NCBI RefSeq assembly: GCF_001194135.2
Contig: NC_068988.1
Coordinates: forward strand, 18,531,314 to 18,595,313
Source: Octopus bimaculoides
Lineage: Eukaryota
DNA length: 64,000 nt
Reading direction: 5' to 3'
The notes under the pieces were generated by a model. It made no database searches and was not told the origin of the DNA. It worked only from the letters and a program-made list of their open reading frames with translations. Shown here in pieces: positions 50,636 through 62,651 of the stretch; the stretch's first letter is position 1, and every line of letters starts with the position of its first letter. The position numbers and the translations under genes were made by a program.

Positions 50636-51554
50636 TCCAGATGATCAACCCTTTAATAATTGTTTTCTTTTAGTACTTTTAGTAATTGTTACATACCTAA
50701 TTAATAAGCAGCTTTCTCCATTATAGTATAGATATCAATATAATTATATATCTATATACATACATATATATATATATATTAGAAACTCTGCCAAATCAGA
50801 CTGGAGCCTGGTGTAGCCATCTGGTTCCCCAGTCTTCAGTCAAATCGTCCAACCCATGCTAGCATGGAAAGCAGGCGTTAAACGATAATGATGATATATA
50901 TATATATATATATACATATATGAAGCTGCATGATCTAGTGGTTAGTCTGTTGCACTCATGATCACTAGATTGTTGGTTCAATTCCTTAACTGGATGGTGC
51001 ATTGTGGTCTTGAGCAAATCACTTCATTTCACATTGCTCCAGTCCCTGCTTTCAATCAGACTAGCAGCGTGGCATCATTTGAAGACTAAAACAATGCAAA
51101 AGTGCATTGTGACTAGTGATGTGTAACAACATCTGATAGCCTGGTCAATTACGAAATTAGAGCCAGTACTGAAAGTTACAGCATTTCACATAGAAATATG
51201 TCTATGGAAATAATGTGATCGAAGATAGAAAAAAAAAGAGTAGTGAGTGTATATGCATATTTCAGGAGTTCTTGCTCTTTCTTCAGTGCCACATCCACAC
51301 CATTAACTCCCATAATTCTATTAACTGGAATTATTTTATGAAACTTTGATTTCTAGCATAAAACAGCCTTAGAAACACGCTGAAATGATCAAAATAACAT
51401 TTTAAATAGAAATAAGCGAGATATTGCACATACTTGTACGTATATATGCATATACTCATTTATTATTTGTTTTACACACATATATATATATATATATATA
51501 TGGCTTGGCTGTGTAGTTATGAAGTTTGCTTTCGAGTTCATGTTCCACTAGATT

Positions 51555-51735
51555 ATTTACATTATTTACATTTGATGGATATTTGTCCTCATCTTGTTTG
51601 TTAACATGTTTCGGCTGATATACCCTCCAGCCTTCATCAGGTGTCTTGAGGAAATTTCGAACCTGCGTTCTCATCCCTAACGTATTTTTCGATGCTGTTA
51701 TTATTATTCAGGTCAGTGTCTGGAATCGACTTTCA
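51555..51735 (-). mobile_element. Second copy of the B-box/hammerhead repeat
   Basis: Minus strand reads agtcgattccagacactgacctgaataat..ggttcgaaatttcctcaagacacctgatgaaggctggagggtatatcagccgaaac. Confidence 0.75.
51601..51645 (-). ncRNA. Hammerhead ribozyme core, cleavage triplet lost
   Basis: CUGAUGA (51640-51634), stem II identical to the 7.6-kb copy and GAAAC, followed by AUG rather than GUU. Confidence 0.55.
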
Positions 51736-52269
51736 CACAGATAAAATTTATTCTTTAAATGTTTTGAGTGAAACTTGGGTCTGTTAGAATGAGTGAAATT
51801 TCAACAAATAAATACTGGAGACAATTTGATCTACTAAATCCTTCAAACAGTACCCCAGCTTGGCTACACTCCAATAACTGAAACAAATCAAAGAATAAAA
51901 GAGTATGGGAGAATTCAATGTTGTATATCATACAGTTTGTGTTTAAAAGTGATCATATGTGTAGGCATGGCTATGTGGTAAGAAGCTTGCTTCCCAACCA
52001 CATGGTTCCAGGTTCAGACCCACCACATGATCGAATAAGTCCTGGGGTTGATTTCTTTGACTAAAAGGCAGTCTTCAGCATGGCCGCAGTCAAACAACTG
52101 AAACAAATAAAAGAATATAATACCCATATTTTCAGATGACAATATCCAATATCAAACTACCTTTATATTATTTTTAGTAGGGAGAGGTGATTTTAATTGT
52201 TATTTCTAGCAAGTTAAGTGACCCATAGAGGGTCCCAGTTCGTAATGTTGATTGTTGGTGGGACAGATG

Positions 52270-54729
52270 TGTAGTAACGCTGTGCGCATGCGTAGTCTCA
52301 TGCATGCATGGAATTCAACAACCAAGCTTTTCCGCTTTGATCTGTCTCTTTCTTGCTGGCCAGCGATTGAGCAAGGACGTGTTTAGCTGTCTCTCTCCAT
52401 CTTTCGAATTTACGCTAGACAGCTCGCTCACATCTACACACCAACGTCCCAACAACCATGCTCACACACACAGAAGACGTCTCAACAAACAAGAGCTAAA
52501 GATGTATATATTCCACCTTGAATAAATGTTGTTTGTGTTGATAGTCCGGAGTTCAGCGTTCCGTTAATTTCTAATTTAATATAGGAAAGTCAGGTGTACA
52601 TCTAATGACGTATAACCTACTTTCCTATAAAGTGGTGACCCCAATGTGATTCAAACACGCAGCCCGCTGAGCTACAATAACCCACTTTCCTATAAAGTGG
52701 TGACCCCGACTAAGAAACAAGCGTGGCCATGGATTCTGGGCTACCAACCTATAACTGGTGTACCCGACTAAAGAACAATTGCGGCCATGGAGACTGAACT
52801 ACCAAGCAACGAACGCCACCAACATCTCCAACCATAGTCAACACGACTTACTATGTACACCAAACTAAACCACCGCGGCAAATCTCTCTCTTTGATTCTG
52901 TTAGGTGACTTAGCTTCACCACGATAATAAAAAGACAAGAATTACAGCCTGTGATACTTCCAATTGTGTACTCAAGAACTTGGTATAAAACTCTCACGTG
53001 TACTGACTTTCTATCTGCTGTAATATCTCACATACATATAGACGGCCTGTCTTTTATTATGTTCTTATATGTCGCATTCACACTCTCACATACACATACA
53101 TCTTTTATGCCACACTAAATATCTCTTGTTATTCATTTCATACGGTTGTGTTTATCATCTTCCATTCGTCACATGCGAACAATTTCATCTTGGGTTACAA
53201 AATTTTCTTCAAGGTTTTTGCTAATGGCCGCACAGAGATTTGTCTGTCGACCATCTGTTAAAGCGCACCTCTTCAAACACCATCACCAAGCAGCCTTTTC
53301 GCCACCAGCTTCGTTCAACCAAGATTACCACCGCAACGACAACAACTACTACTACCAACTACAAGCATTCCCCCGACGTCGCCAAGTTTCAACAGGACAT
53401 CATTACCACCACACATACAGAACACAGCTATATTACAGTTCCTGCGCCGACGTCTTCACCATCAATGTACTGTCTACCACAATGTCGTGCGCCAACAACC
53501 CCACCACCAGGGACACACCATATAAACACACTCGGTTTTATCTTCACTGTGGAGTGGAATTTATCCACTCACGCACAACAGTCAGAGCTAGCCGACTTGG
53601 ATATTTAGTACCAGGTANNNNNNNNNNNNNNNNNNNNNNNNNNNNNNNNNNNNNNNNNNNNNNNNNNNNNNNNNNNNNNNNNNNNNNNNNNNNNNNNNNN
53701 NNNNNNNNNNNNNNNNNNNNNNNNNNNNNNNNNNNNNNNNNNNNNNNNNNNNNNNNNNNNNNNNNNNNNNNNNNNNNNNNNNNNNNNNNNNNNNNNNNNN
53801 NNNNNNNNNNNNNNNNNNNNNNNNNNNNNNNNNNNNNNNNNNNNNNNNNNNNNNNNNNNNNNNNNNNNNNNNNNNNNNNNNNNNNNNNNNNNNNNNNNNN
53901 NNNNNNNNNNNNNNNNNNNNNNNNNNNNNNNNNNNNNNNNNNNNNNNNNNNNNNNNNNNNNNNNNNNNNNNNNNNNNNNNNNNNNNNNNNNNNNNNNNNN
54001 NNNNNNNNNNNNNNNNNNNNNNNNNNNNNNNNNNNNNNNNNNNNNNNNNNNNNNNNNNNNNNNNNNNNNNNNNNNNNNNNNNNNNNNNNNNNNNNNNNNN
54101 NNNNNNNNNNNNNNNNNNNNNNNNNNNNNNNNNNNNNNNNNNNNNNNNNNNNNNNNNNNNNNNNNNNNNNNNNNNNNNNNNNNNNNNNNNNNNNNNNNNN
54201 NNNNNNNNNNNTGCTACATCTTGTGGGTGGTTTTCAGTGGCCATCCTGCCTCAGGCGTTCCAACAGAATTTTATTTTATATTATTGTGCGTTCCGCACTG
54301 GCAAGGGAGCCCTGTAGTAACGCTGTGCGCATGCGTGGAATTCAACAACCAAGCTTTTCCGCTTTGATCTGTCTCTTTCTTGCTGGCCAGCGATTGGGCA
54401 AGGACGTGTTTAATCGCTTTCGTGACGGATCCGGCGCCTTTCGTGGAAGCTTTCGCCCGCTTCTTAGGACCGACTGACCCGTGCTCGACCGCCGTTGGAT
54501 CTTTCGAACTTACGCTAGACAGCTCGCTCACATCTACATATCAACGTCCCAACAACCATGCTCACACACACAGAGGACGTCTCAACAAACAAAAGCTAAA
54601 GATGTATATATTCCACCTTGAACAAATGTTGTTTGTGTTGATAGTCTGGAGTTCAGCATTCCGTTAATTTCTAATTTAATATAGGAAAGTCAGGTGTACA
54701 TCTAATGATGTATAACCTACTTTCCTATA
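52270..54729 (+). mobile_element. Non-autonomous Gypsy LTR retrotransposon (element 2)
   Basis: LTRs 52270-52629 and 54313-54729 (TGTAG..CTATA); TSD GATG at 52266-52269 and 54730-54733; PBS at 52633. The integrase-tail remnant near 53210-53270 is homologous to element 1. Confidence 0.9.
52633..52710 (+). promoter_or_regulatory. tRNA-Trp primer-binding sites (duplicated; first copy extended)
   Basis: TGGTGACCCCAATGTGATTC.. at 52633 and TGGTGACCCCGAC at 52698-52710. Both are complementary to the metazoan tRNA-Trp 3' end as recalled (..AUCACGUCGGGGUCACCA). Confidence 0.75.
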
Positions 54730-55779
54730 GATGCAATATATATTGTAATATTAGACTACGATTCTAGAACTGAGAAAGAAATCGCTATCTATTAAAGGGA
54801 GGTAATTTCGTATCTTCATACCAGATGTTGCTTAAAAATAGTGTAGCATCAGTTTGTTTCAGTTAATTTTGAAAATAATGAATTTAACAAAATAATTCTC
54901 AGAAGACAATAGCCACTATCAAACTTCTTTTATATTATTTTTAGGAGGATGGTGGTGATTTTAATTGTTATTTCTAGCAAGTCAAGTGACCTCAAAGAGG
55001 GTCCCAGTTCGTAATACTGATTGCTGGTGGTACGGAAGCAATACACAGTGTAATATTATAACTACGACTCTAGAACTATGGCAAAGAAATCGTTAACTAT
55101 TAAAGGGAGGTAATTTCACATTCTCATGCTAAGTGTTACTTAAACGCTCACTTCACAACCTTCCGCATGCAAGGACAGCGCAGCCATGGCAAGAAGCTTG
55201 TTGCAGGTTCAGTTCCACTGTGTTGCACCTTGCCAAGGTGTCTTCTACTATAACTGACCAAAAGCTGTTCATATATCTTTTGTCTTTTAACTTGTTCCAG
55301 TCATTTGATTGCGGCCATGATGGGGCACTATTGATGTGCGTGTGGTTATACTAATCTCCTTGTCTTGGCATCTCAGGATAGTTATAAACGAGAGCCAGTG
55401 GCGTGCATGCTGTGTCCTTCATTTTCAGTCTTCTGTAAGAGGAGGTGCGTGGCTTAGTGTTGATGTTGTAAGAGTGTGGTTTTGATTCCTCGACCAGGTG
55501 ATACATTGTGTTCTTAAGTAAGACACTTGATTTCATTGTTCCAGTCCACTCAGCTGGCAAAAGTGAGTAATGTTGTGATGTCAGGTGGGAATTTATGCCA
55601 TGGAAACCAGCCCTTATGAGTCAGCATGACTCAAGAAGGTCATCTTTACCTTCAACTTAATCTTTAGTAAAATTATCTGACTTGGAACCAGTTGAGAGTT
55701 GGTAATACGAAGGGTGTCTGACAGTAAAAATCAGTCTCAAAAAATTCTAACTAATCCATGCAACTATGGAAAAGGAAAC

Positions 55780-56060
55780 GTGGCATCTTGGGCAAATGTC
55801 TTCTACTATAGCCTCGAGTGGGTCTGGTAGACGGAAACTGAAAGAAGCCCGTCGTATATATGTGTGTGGGTCTGTGTTTGTCCCCCCAGCATTGCTTGAC
55901 AAACAATGCTGGTATATGTCCCCGTCACTTAGCGGTTCGGCAAAAAGTGACCGATAGAATAAGTACTAGGCTTACAAAGAATAAGTCCCAGGGTCAATTT
56001 GCTCGACTAAAGGCGGTGCTCCAGCATGGCCGCAGTCAAATGACTGAAACAAGTAAAAGA
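55780..56060 (+). mobile_element. Family A SINE (5'-truncated)
   Basis: CORE-like motif, body and 3' domain present. Confidence 0.85.
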
Positions 56061-56270
56061 GAGTTAGAACAAGGACGTACCATTCCAGTCAACACTGATA
56101 TATCAAGAAAAGCATTTGACTCCATCACCTGTTATCCAAACACATTAAAAATTTTCAAACTTAACTTACGAAACACAGAATACTAACTAACAAGGATAAG
56201 CAGTGTACACAAGCATTTTCAAAATTTGCCGTCTTCTGCCCATGTACCACAAGGATCCATCCCTAAAGAT
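56060..56270 (+). pseudogene. Degenerate CR1/L2-type reverse transcriptase fragment
   Basis: DISRKAFDSI and HVPQGSI motifs at plausible spacing. Confidence 0.55.
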
Positions 56271-56506
56271 GAAAAAAGTACCAAACCAGAATGGTTTGAA
56301 GTGAGGAATCATTATCTTGGACAGCCTCCCTAATGGTATCTATTCCAAATTTTTGTGTTCTGAAATGCAGTTCAGGTGCCTTCAGCTGAGTCCACTGTTG
56401 CAAAGCAGTTGAACCAAGTCTCCAGTTTCTTTTGCCAGACTCAGAAACTCTTAAGGGTTACACACACACAGAAACAACACTTTCCTATTTGATCTAAACT
56501 CAAAAC

Positions 56507-56619
56507 ATATATAATTTTAGGGAAAAGAACCAAGTTTCATGAACTCATCGATGAAAATCCACTGTCACATATGGAAAAATTAATAAGTAAACTTGGTTCT
56601 TTTCCCTAAAATTATATAT
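56507..56619. repeat. Perfect 31-bp inverted repeat (foldback)
   Basis: ATATATAATTTTAGGGAAAAGAACCAAGTTT (56507-56537) and its exact reverse complement (56589-56619). Confidence 0.95.
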
Positions 56620-56796
56620 TTATATTCTATACTGTGAAACTTAATTTAATTTTAATAAATTGAATTTAATCGAGTTTTTACCTGTAAATTTGGATTTTTA
56701 TCCCTAATATTATTATTATAAAACATAATATATATAAACCCAAGCAGCTACACACATAAGAAAATAAAAACAGACACTGTACATCTTATTTAAACA

Positions 56797-56802
56797 TTTA
56801 TT
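56797..56802 (-). promoter_or_regulatory. RPL35 polyadenylation signal AATAAA
   Basis: TTTATT on plus, 18 nt past the stop codon. Confidence 0.75.
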
Positions 56803-56820
56803 TGTGGCTATGAAACAAAC

Positions 56821-57052
56821 TTATGCTTTAATAGCAAACTTTCTGATTTTCCACAACATACGTTTCTTAGCCTGCCTGTGTGTCATCAAAGATTTCTCTT
56901 TCTTTGTCAACTCCCGCCGCATGGCACGAGTCTTTTTGGGACGCAGATCCTTAGGCTTAAATTTCTTGTTACGGTAAAATTTACGCAAATTCTCTTTCTG
57001 GGTCTGGTTGATGACTGTCAATACTCGGGCAATAGATTTACGAACAACACGG
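56821..57052 (-). CDS. RPL35: 60S ribosomal protein L35, last coding exon
   Basis: Acceptor ttttcttatag|C CGT. Reads [53 protein letters not shown], with TAA at 56823-56821. Confidence 0.98.
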
Positions 57053-57444
57053 CTATAAGAAAACGAAAAGAACATTTTAAAGTGACTCGGCCAAATCAAA
57101 TAATAACAGCCATTAATTCATTTATAACATAAACTATGATGCCGATTCCTTTGCCATCAAAAAACCTGATGTGTTTTGATAGGATGCAACCCATCCAAGA
57201 AAAATTCACATTGACAAAATATCAAGGGACATTTTGTGATTTTACCCTTATAAAACGTAATTTCATTCTTTTATATATTTTATTACTAAGGAAATTTACA
57301 CCAACATATAAAAAGATGGAACATTTGCTGGAAAGTAGTATTAGGTTACAATGACCAGTAATGAGTAACATTGTTTTGTTAATTTGGTTTATTTCAAAAG
57401 AAGCTAAGAAACTATACAATGATTTCTATTTTCTATATTATTTT

Positions 57445-57842
57445 GCCATAGCTTGCGAAGACTTATTGGGGCAAGCGAAAGCGAAATCGTGATGGCACCT
57501 GTGCCCAGCGTCGCCTTTCTGACACTTGTGCCCGTGACACATGTAAGGATTTTCGAGCGAGATCGTTGCCAGTGCCCTTGGACTGGCTCTTGTGCGGGTG
57601 GCACATAAAATACACCATTTTGAGTGTGGCCGTTGCCAGTACCGCCTGACTGGTCTTCATGCGGGTGACACGTAAAAGCACCCACTACACTCTTTGAGTG
57701 GTTGGCGTTAGGAAGAGCATCCAACTGTAGAAACTCTGCCAAATCAGATTGGAGCCTGGTGTTGCCATCCGGTTTCACCAGTCCTCAGTCAAATCGTCCA
57801 ACCCATGCTAGCATGGAAAGCGGACGTTAAACGATGATGATG
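57445..57842 (+). mobile_element. Young RTE LINE 3' UTR fragment in an RPL35 intron (antisense to the gene)
   Basis: Family motifs. Confidence 0.85.
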
Positions 57843-58649
57843 TAAATTCATGAAATCAGGAGCCATTACAGTATATCATATCATCACCCCTATTTTGCAC
57901 TGCCAACCAATTAAACTCTCCCATGTGCCACTTCCGATTGACAGCCATCTCGCATTCACTACATTCATCTCCTTTAACACCATTTCTATTGTTACCTATC
58001 TAACCCCCCTCCCCATCATACCCTCGCAACTATTACCCACCATTCCTAACCCTTCCATCTCCACATCATCATCTGGGACACTTATTACAACCATCTCTAT
58101 TTCTTCAGGTACAACCTACACATAATAATAGTGTAGTACTGAATTTCCTTCACAGCAATAAGCCTTTTCAGCAATCCACATAAAATCATCCCCTTTTCAG
58201 TCAAGGAACAGGAGAAAAAAAACGGAGTTACTTTTGGGCAAGTTTCTTTGACTAAATCATTGGGTTGACCAATGCTTTCCAAGTGAAACTGGCAGATAGA
58301 AACCACACAAATGCTTGTTGCATGGGTTTTCCTAACCTAACTTTTTGCAGCTGTTTGAGCAAAACTGTGGCATTTACATTGCCAATAAATATGTTCCGTA
58401 GCTCAGAAAACAGGTATGGTTTAGCAACAGAAAGAGCATCCAGCAGTAGAATATTGCCTCAGTAAATTTTACTCTATCCCATGCCAGCTTAAGAGAAAAT
58501 AAATATAAAAAACGATGCAGGTAAGTAAAAATTAAATTTATGCCAATAAATGGAGCAATTGAGGCCAAACTAATACTTCGTCCTAAATTTAAAAGAAATT
58601 AGGGAAAAACCTTTAAAAATATACTTTATGAAAAATTATATCGCGAGGT

Positions 58650-58925
58650 CAAGGTTGTTGCCGGCGCCGCTGGACTGGCTCCTGTGCAGGTAGCATGTAA
58701 AAAACACCATTTTGAGCGTGGCTGTTGCCAGTACCTTGTGACTGACCTTCGTGCCGGTGGCACGTAAAAGCACCCACTACACTCTTGGAGTGGTTGGCGT
58801 TAGGAAGGGCATCTAACTGTAGAAACTCTGCCAAATCAGATTGGAGCCTGGTGTAGCCATCTGGTCTACCAGTCCTCAGTCAAATCCGTCCAACCTATGC
58901 TAGCATGGAAAGTGGACATTAACTA
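58650..58925 (+). mobile_element. RTE LINE 3' UTR fragment in an RPL35 intron
   Basis: Family motifs. Confidence 0.85.
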
Positions 58926-59829
58926 ACGACGAATCCAACAGTATGGTATGAAACCAGTCAAAATTGAATTTTCTGGCTCATACAATTTTAATGAGAATAA
59001 ACCTAGCATAATATGTATGTTTAACCATGAACATGTATTGCAGGCAAAATGTGTTCACAACTAATTCCGTGACTGACCATCATGGGTAGAACGTGAAATA
59101 AATTCAAGGCATAACCAAAACCTATGAAAAGGGATAATAAAATCTAGACTGATGCTAATCCTGACAACCACCAGTAAGCAACATCGTCTCATAACCAGTT
59201 AAAGCCGCATGGCAACTGCAGCAGCAATATTTTCACTCAGATGATTCTAAAAATCTGACTGCATCACATGCTTTTCAGGTGGATTGTCACTGTGTATACT
59301 GACTGAAATTGGAGACAGTTCTAGTTATACATCTCATGTAGGTGTTATGTTTGTCACTAAAACTTTTCCTTTTTGGTGTATTTGATTTGAGAAAAAGGAA
59401 TTTAGTTCTCTTAATTGTGAAGCACAAATGAAAAGCAGAAGCAAGAGAACAGATTTTTGTTTATTCGTTTTAGTTCCAAATTTGTCATCTATTGAATGTG
59501 ATAAAACTGCAATAGTTGAAGAGAGATGTTAATTAAAGACTCCAGTCATCCCATTCTCCCGGACAAAAACTAATTATTTTGAGAAAGGAAATAGCTTAAT
59601 TTGGTGCTAAGTTTCTGTATCTTTAAAAATTCTTAGGTACATCTATATCAAATACTCTGGAAAATAACTAAAATATTTCAAGATTTAATTCCCAGATGTC
59701 CACTGGCATCTGAAAGAACTTGCTATGTAAGATCCCACAATGTTTTCTCTCTGTACTGGAAAGTATTAATTGATTAAAAATTTGAAGTCAAAACAACAAA
59801 ATATTGGTCTCAAATTTTTGGTACAGGAT

Positions 59830-60020
59830 CAGCAAGTTGGGGTGGGGGCTAAGTTGACTACATTGACTGCAGAGCTTAACTGGTATTTATTTTATTGACT
59901 CTGAAAGAATAAAAGGCAAAGACAAACCTCAATGGAATATGAACTCAGAACATAAAGATGGGCGAAATGTCACTAAGCATATACCCTAGCATGCTAACAA
60001 TTCTGCTAGCTCACTGACTT
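59830..60020 (-). mobile_element. SINE family B just inside the RPL35 intron donor side
   Basis: ttctgagttcatattcc..tttgccttttattctttc on the minus strand. Confidence 0.65.
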
Positions 60021-60051
60021 AGGAAAGAAAAGAAAATTCTAGCATACTTAC

Positions 60052-60113
60052 ATCTTGGATAACTTTGAAGCTTGTCCACCGGTCACTTTGGCAACTCTGA
60101 GGTGAGCAAGTTC
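60052..60113 (-). CDS. RPL35: 60S ribosomal protein L35, internal exon (62 nt)
   Basis: tttacag|GAA..ELAHLRVAKVTGGQASKLSK+AT|gtaagt. The phase fits both neighbouring exons. Confidence 0.97.
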
Positions 60114-60366
60114 CTGTAAAATCACAGTGCAATTACAACATCAGCCATATGGAGTCATACATTGAGGCATGTAAAACAAAACTACAAAGAGATTATATAA
60201 CTTAGCAGCAAGAAATAGATTTAAAATCTTAGTCTGAACCCTTTTGTTACCATACTTCTGTTGAAATTTGGAAAATAACGCAGAATTAACTAAAATATCT
60301 GTCATTATTAAGCCAGTGTTTGGAGCCAAAATTAATTTTACATTCGATGAAAGGTTATAATTTAGA

Positions 60367-60581
60367 TCAATTTAGCATTAGGTTTACTCTGAAATGCAAC
60401 GCTTATCTATCCACACTGAATTAATCATGTATTGTCTTGTAGCTTTGAAGTTCCAATGATGTGATTGTTTATTTTTCACAATGACATTATTAGATAAGTG
60501 TGAGAAGTTGTACATAGCCAGTCTGAATATACCACATGCAGAATGTTTGGGCCAGACATGGCTGGTTTAATTATTAAAGGG
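60367..60581. mobile_element. piggyBac-like MITE (older copy)
   Basis: Colinear with 46121-46375 and ends AAAGGG|TTAA. Confidence 0.65.
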
Positions 60582-61155
60582 TTAAAACATGAAGTTTGTA
60601 TCATAGAACTAGTGGCAGGCTCAAGAAGTTTGGTGTCAAAAGGAGTTAGTATACTTTTATACCTTACAATCACATAAAACAATGAAAAACAAAACTGATA
60701 GGCAAGATTTAAATGTTTAAATGATTTTTATGTTTTAAAGCTATCATCATTATTCAAATGCCTGCTCTCTGCTCAGCAATAGCTCAGGCTGTCAGAGGCC
60801 CAGTCAAGATTTATTATTATTTTCTTTTCGGGTTACTGCCAACTCAGATAATCCAAAGGACCAAATCTCACTTGTACATTCCATCTTTAGAACATACTGC
60901 AAGAAAATCAACCATTGTGCAAAAATTCAGAATAGTTTATCATTCAGATAATTGTCAAATGTAATGCTTATCTATTCACTGTTTTAAAAAGAAATCAGAA
61001 GCCCATAAGCTACTTATTTACATTAAGAAATCACCCAGAACACATCTGGTTGAGCCACGAGGCATTTATCAGCAGAGTTTTACATTTACGGCACAAAACC
61101 TCAAATATTGACAGCAAATGAGATATTCCTAGCATGTTAGGGGATAAAATTTGCT

Positions 61156-61736
61156 GGCACTGTCATGCTATTAGCTGTCAGAAGTGAAAGTGCTCACTGC
61201 TAGTGAAGTATCTGCCTGTTGCTGGCTTGTCGATTCTTTGGCTACTGACAGCTAATACCATGACTGGCCGGAGCGAGCTATATGTCTGTCTCTCTCTCTC
61301 TATTACTCGAAAGTTATTGGAACAAATTTGACACCTATATCCATGCGTTTGAAAACACAACAGAGTATAAGGGTACTCGCGTCCGCGCTAGCTAGTCGTG
61401 AGTGGTCGATCCTATTATTTTTAAACTTCAAACTTCATTTGTTTTCTATTTTGATAAATTCTCTCTGTTGAAAATTATATTCTTATATTTTAAATAATTT
61501 GCAATTTCAGGAAATATGTTTTTATATTAAATTTGTGTTTTCTAATAAGGTGGACGAGTGATAGATAGATATCAGTAAGTAAGTAAGTAAGCCAATAGCT
61601 GGCTCCGGCCAGTCATGGTATTAGCTGTCAGTAGCCAAAGAATCAACAGGCCAGCAACAGGCATGCAGGCAGACAGACAGATACTTCACTAGCAGTGAGC
61701 ACTTTCACTTCTGACAGCTAATAGCATGACAGTGCC
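61156..61736. mobile_element. Foldback MITE with long TIRs and 8-bp TSD (hAT-like target size)
   Basis: Arms 61156-61281 and 61595-61736 match at 123 of 126 nt, apart from a 16-nt insertion. TSD AATTTGCT at 61148-61155 and 61737-61744. Confidence 0.9.
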
Positions 61737-61789
61737 AATTTGCTTGCTTTTGGGATGTCTTCATGCATTCTTCCTTTCCTTCTTTCTCA

Positions 61790-61985
61790 GGTCACACCAA
61801 CACATAAGGATCGGTTTCCATCTGGGCGGAACACTGGTCTGTGGCAGGATTACTCATTTTTGCCAGCTGAGTGGACTGGAGCAATGTGAAATGAAGTGTT
61901 TTGCTCAAGAACACAGCACGTCACCTGGTCCAGGGATTGAAACCACAATCTTATGATCATGAGTCTGACACCCTAACCACTAAGT
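61790..61985 (-). mobile_element. tRNA-derived SINE (family D/E-like)
   Basis: Minus-strand head gacttagtggttagggtg..ggtttcaatccc, then gttcttgagcaa and ccagtccactcagctggc. Confidence 0.7.
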
Positions 61986-62651
61986 CATGCAACACTACTG
62001 TGGGCAAGAGTCTGCTACCATAGTCTCGGACTGACCAGAAACTGAAAGAAGCCTAACTGCATCTCCTTGTCTTGGAAACATTACCATCATCGTGCGATTC
62101 ATGTGAACGAGTGTTAGTTATACAAGCAATGTCATTACTTCCAATATTCTGCAAGAACATGTCTGGCCATGGGGAGATATTACCCCAGTAGGAAAAAGGT
62201 GTTTGAGACAGGATGGGCATCTAGCCAGAGAAAATCTGCCTCAGCAACCCTCTGAGCCAAGCAAGCATGGAAAAGTGGACAAAAACAATGTTATATAATT
62301 TAGTATGTACGTGTAAAAAAATTACATGGGGCTATAAATTTTAATTGCCATACATACTATAAACGACTGCATGAGCATAATAATGATAACAAAAAATCCC
62401 AACTTGTTAACTTCCCTTGTGTGATGGCCTCATCTGTGTTGCGAATTTGAAAGAGTACTTGTCAATATGAGGGAATTGCATGGTTTTCACATGGTTTAGC
62501 AGAAATAAAATCCTATCCAAAGGTTTAATAGCACAAGGTCAAATAATACAAACTTGTTTCCTGCTACCTTCACGAATTCAGATAACTGTAATTTATACTA
62601 AGCACTCCACTGCCTCTGCAAATTTCCAAAAGCTGCCAAATATATACTTAC

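Noticed and set aside
40250-57778. Recurrent ORFs beginning MKPDGNTRLQSDLAEFLQLDALPNANHSES that look like a gene family
   Set aside because: They lie on the antisense strand of the RTE 3' UTR repeat, and the frames break in other copies.
57053-62651. Intronic snoRNAs in RPL35 (checked box C/D-like motifs near 57880, 59240-59295, 60745 and hairpins near 57130-57230)
   Set aside because: No candidate had a good box C, a correctly spaced box D, a terminal stem and a convincing rRNA guide together. A snoscan/snoReport run would be decisive.
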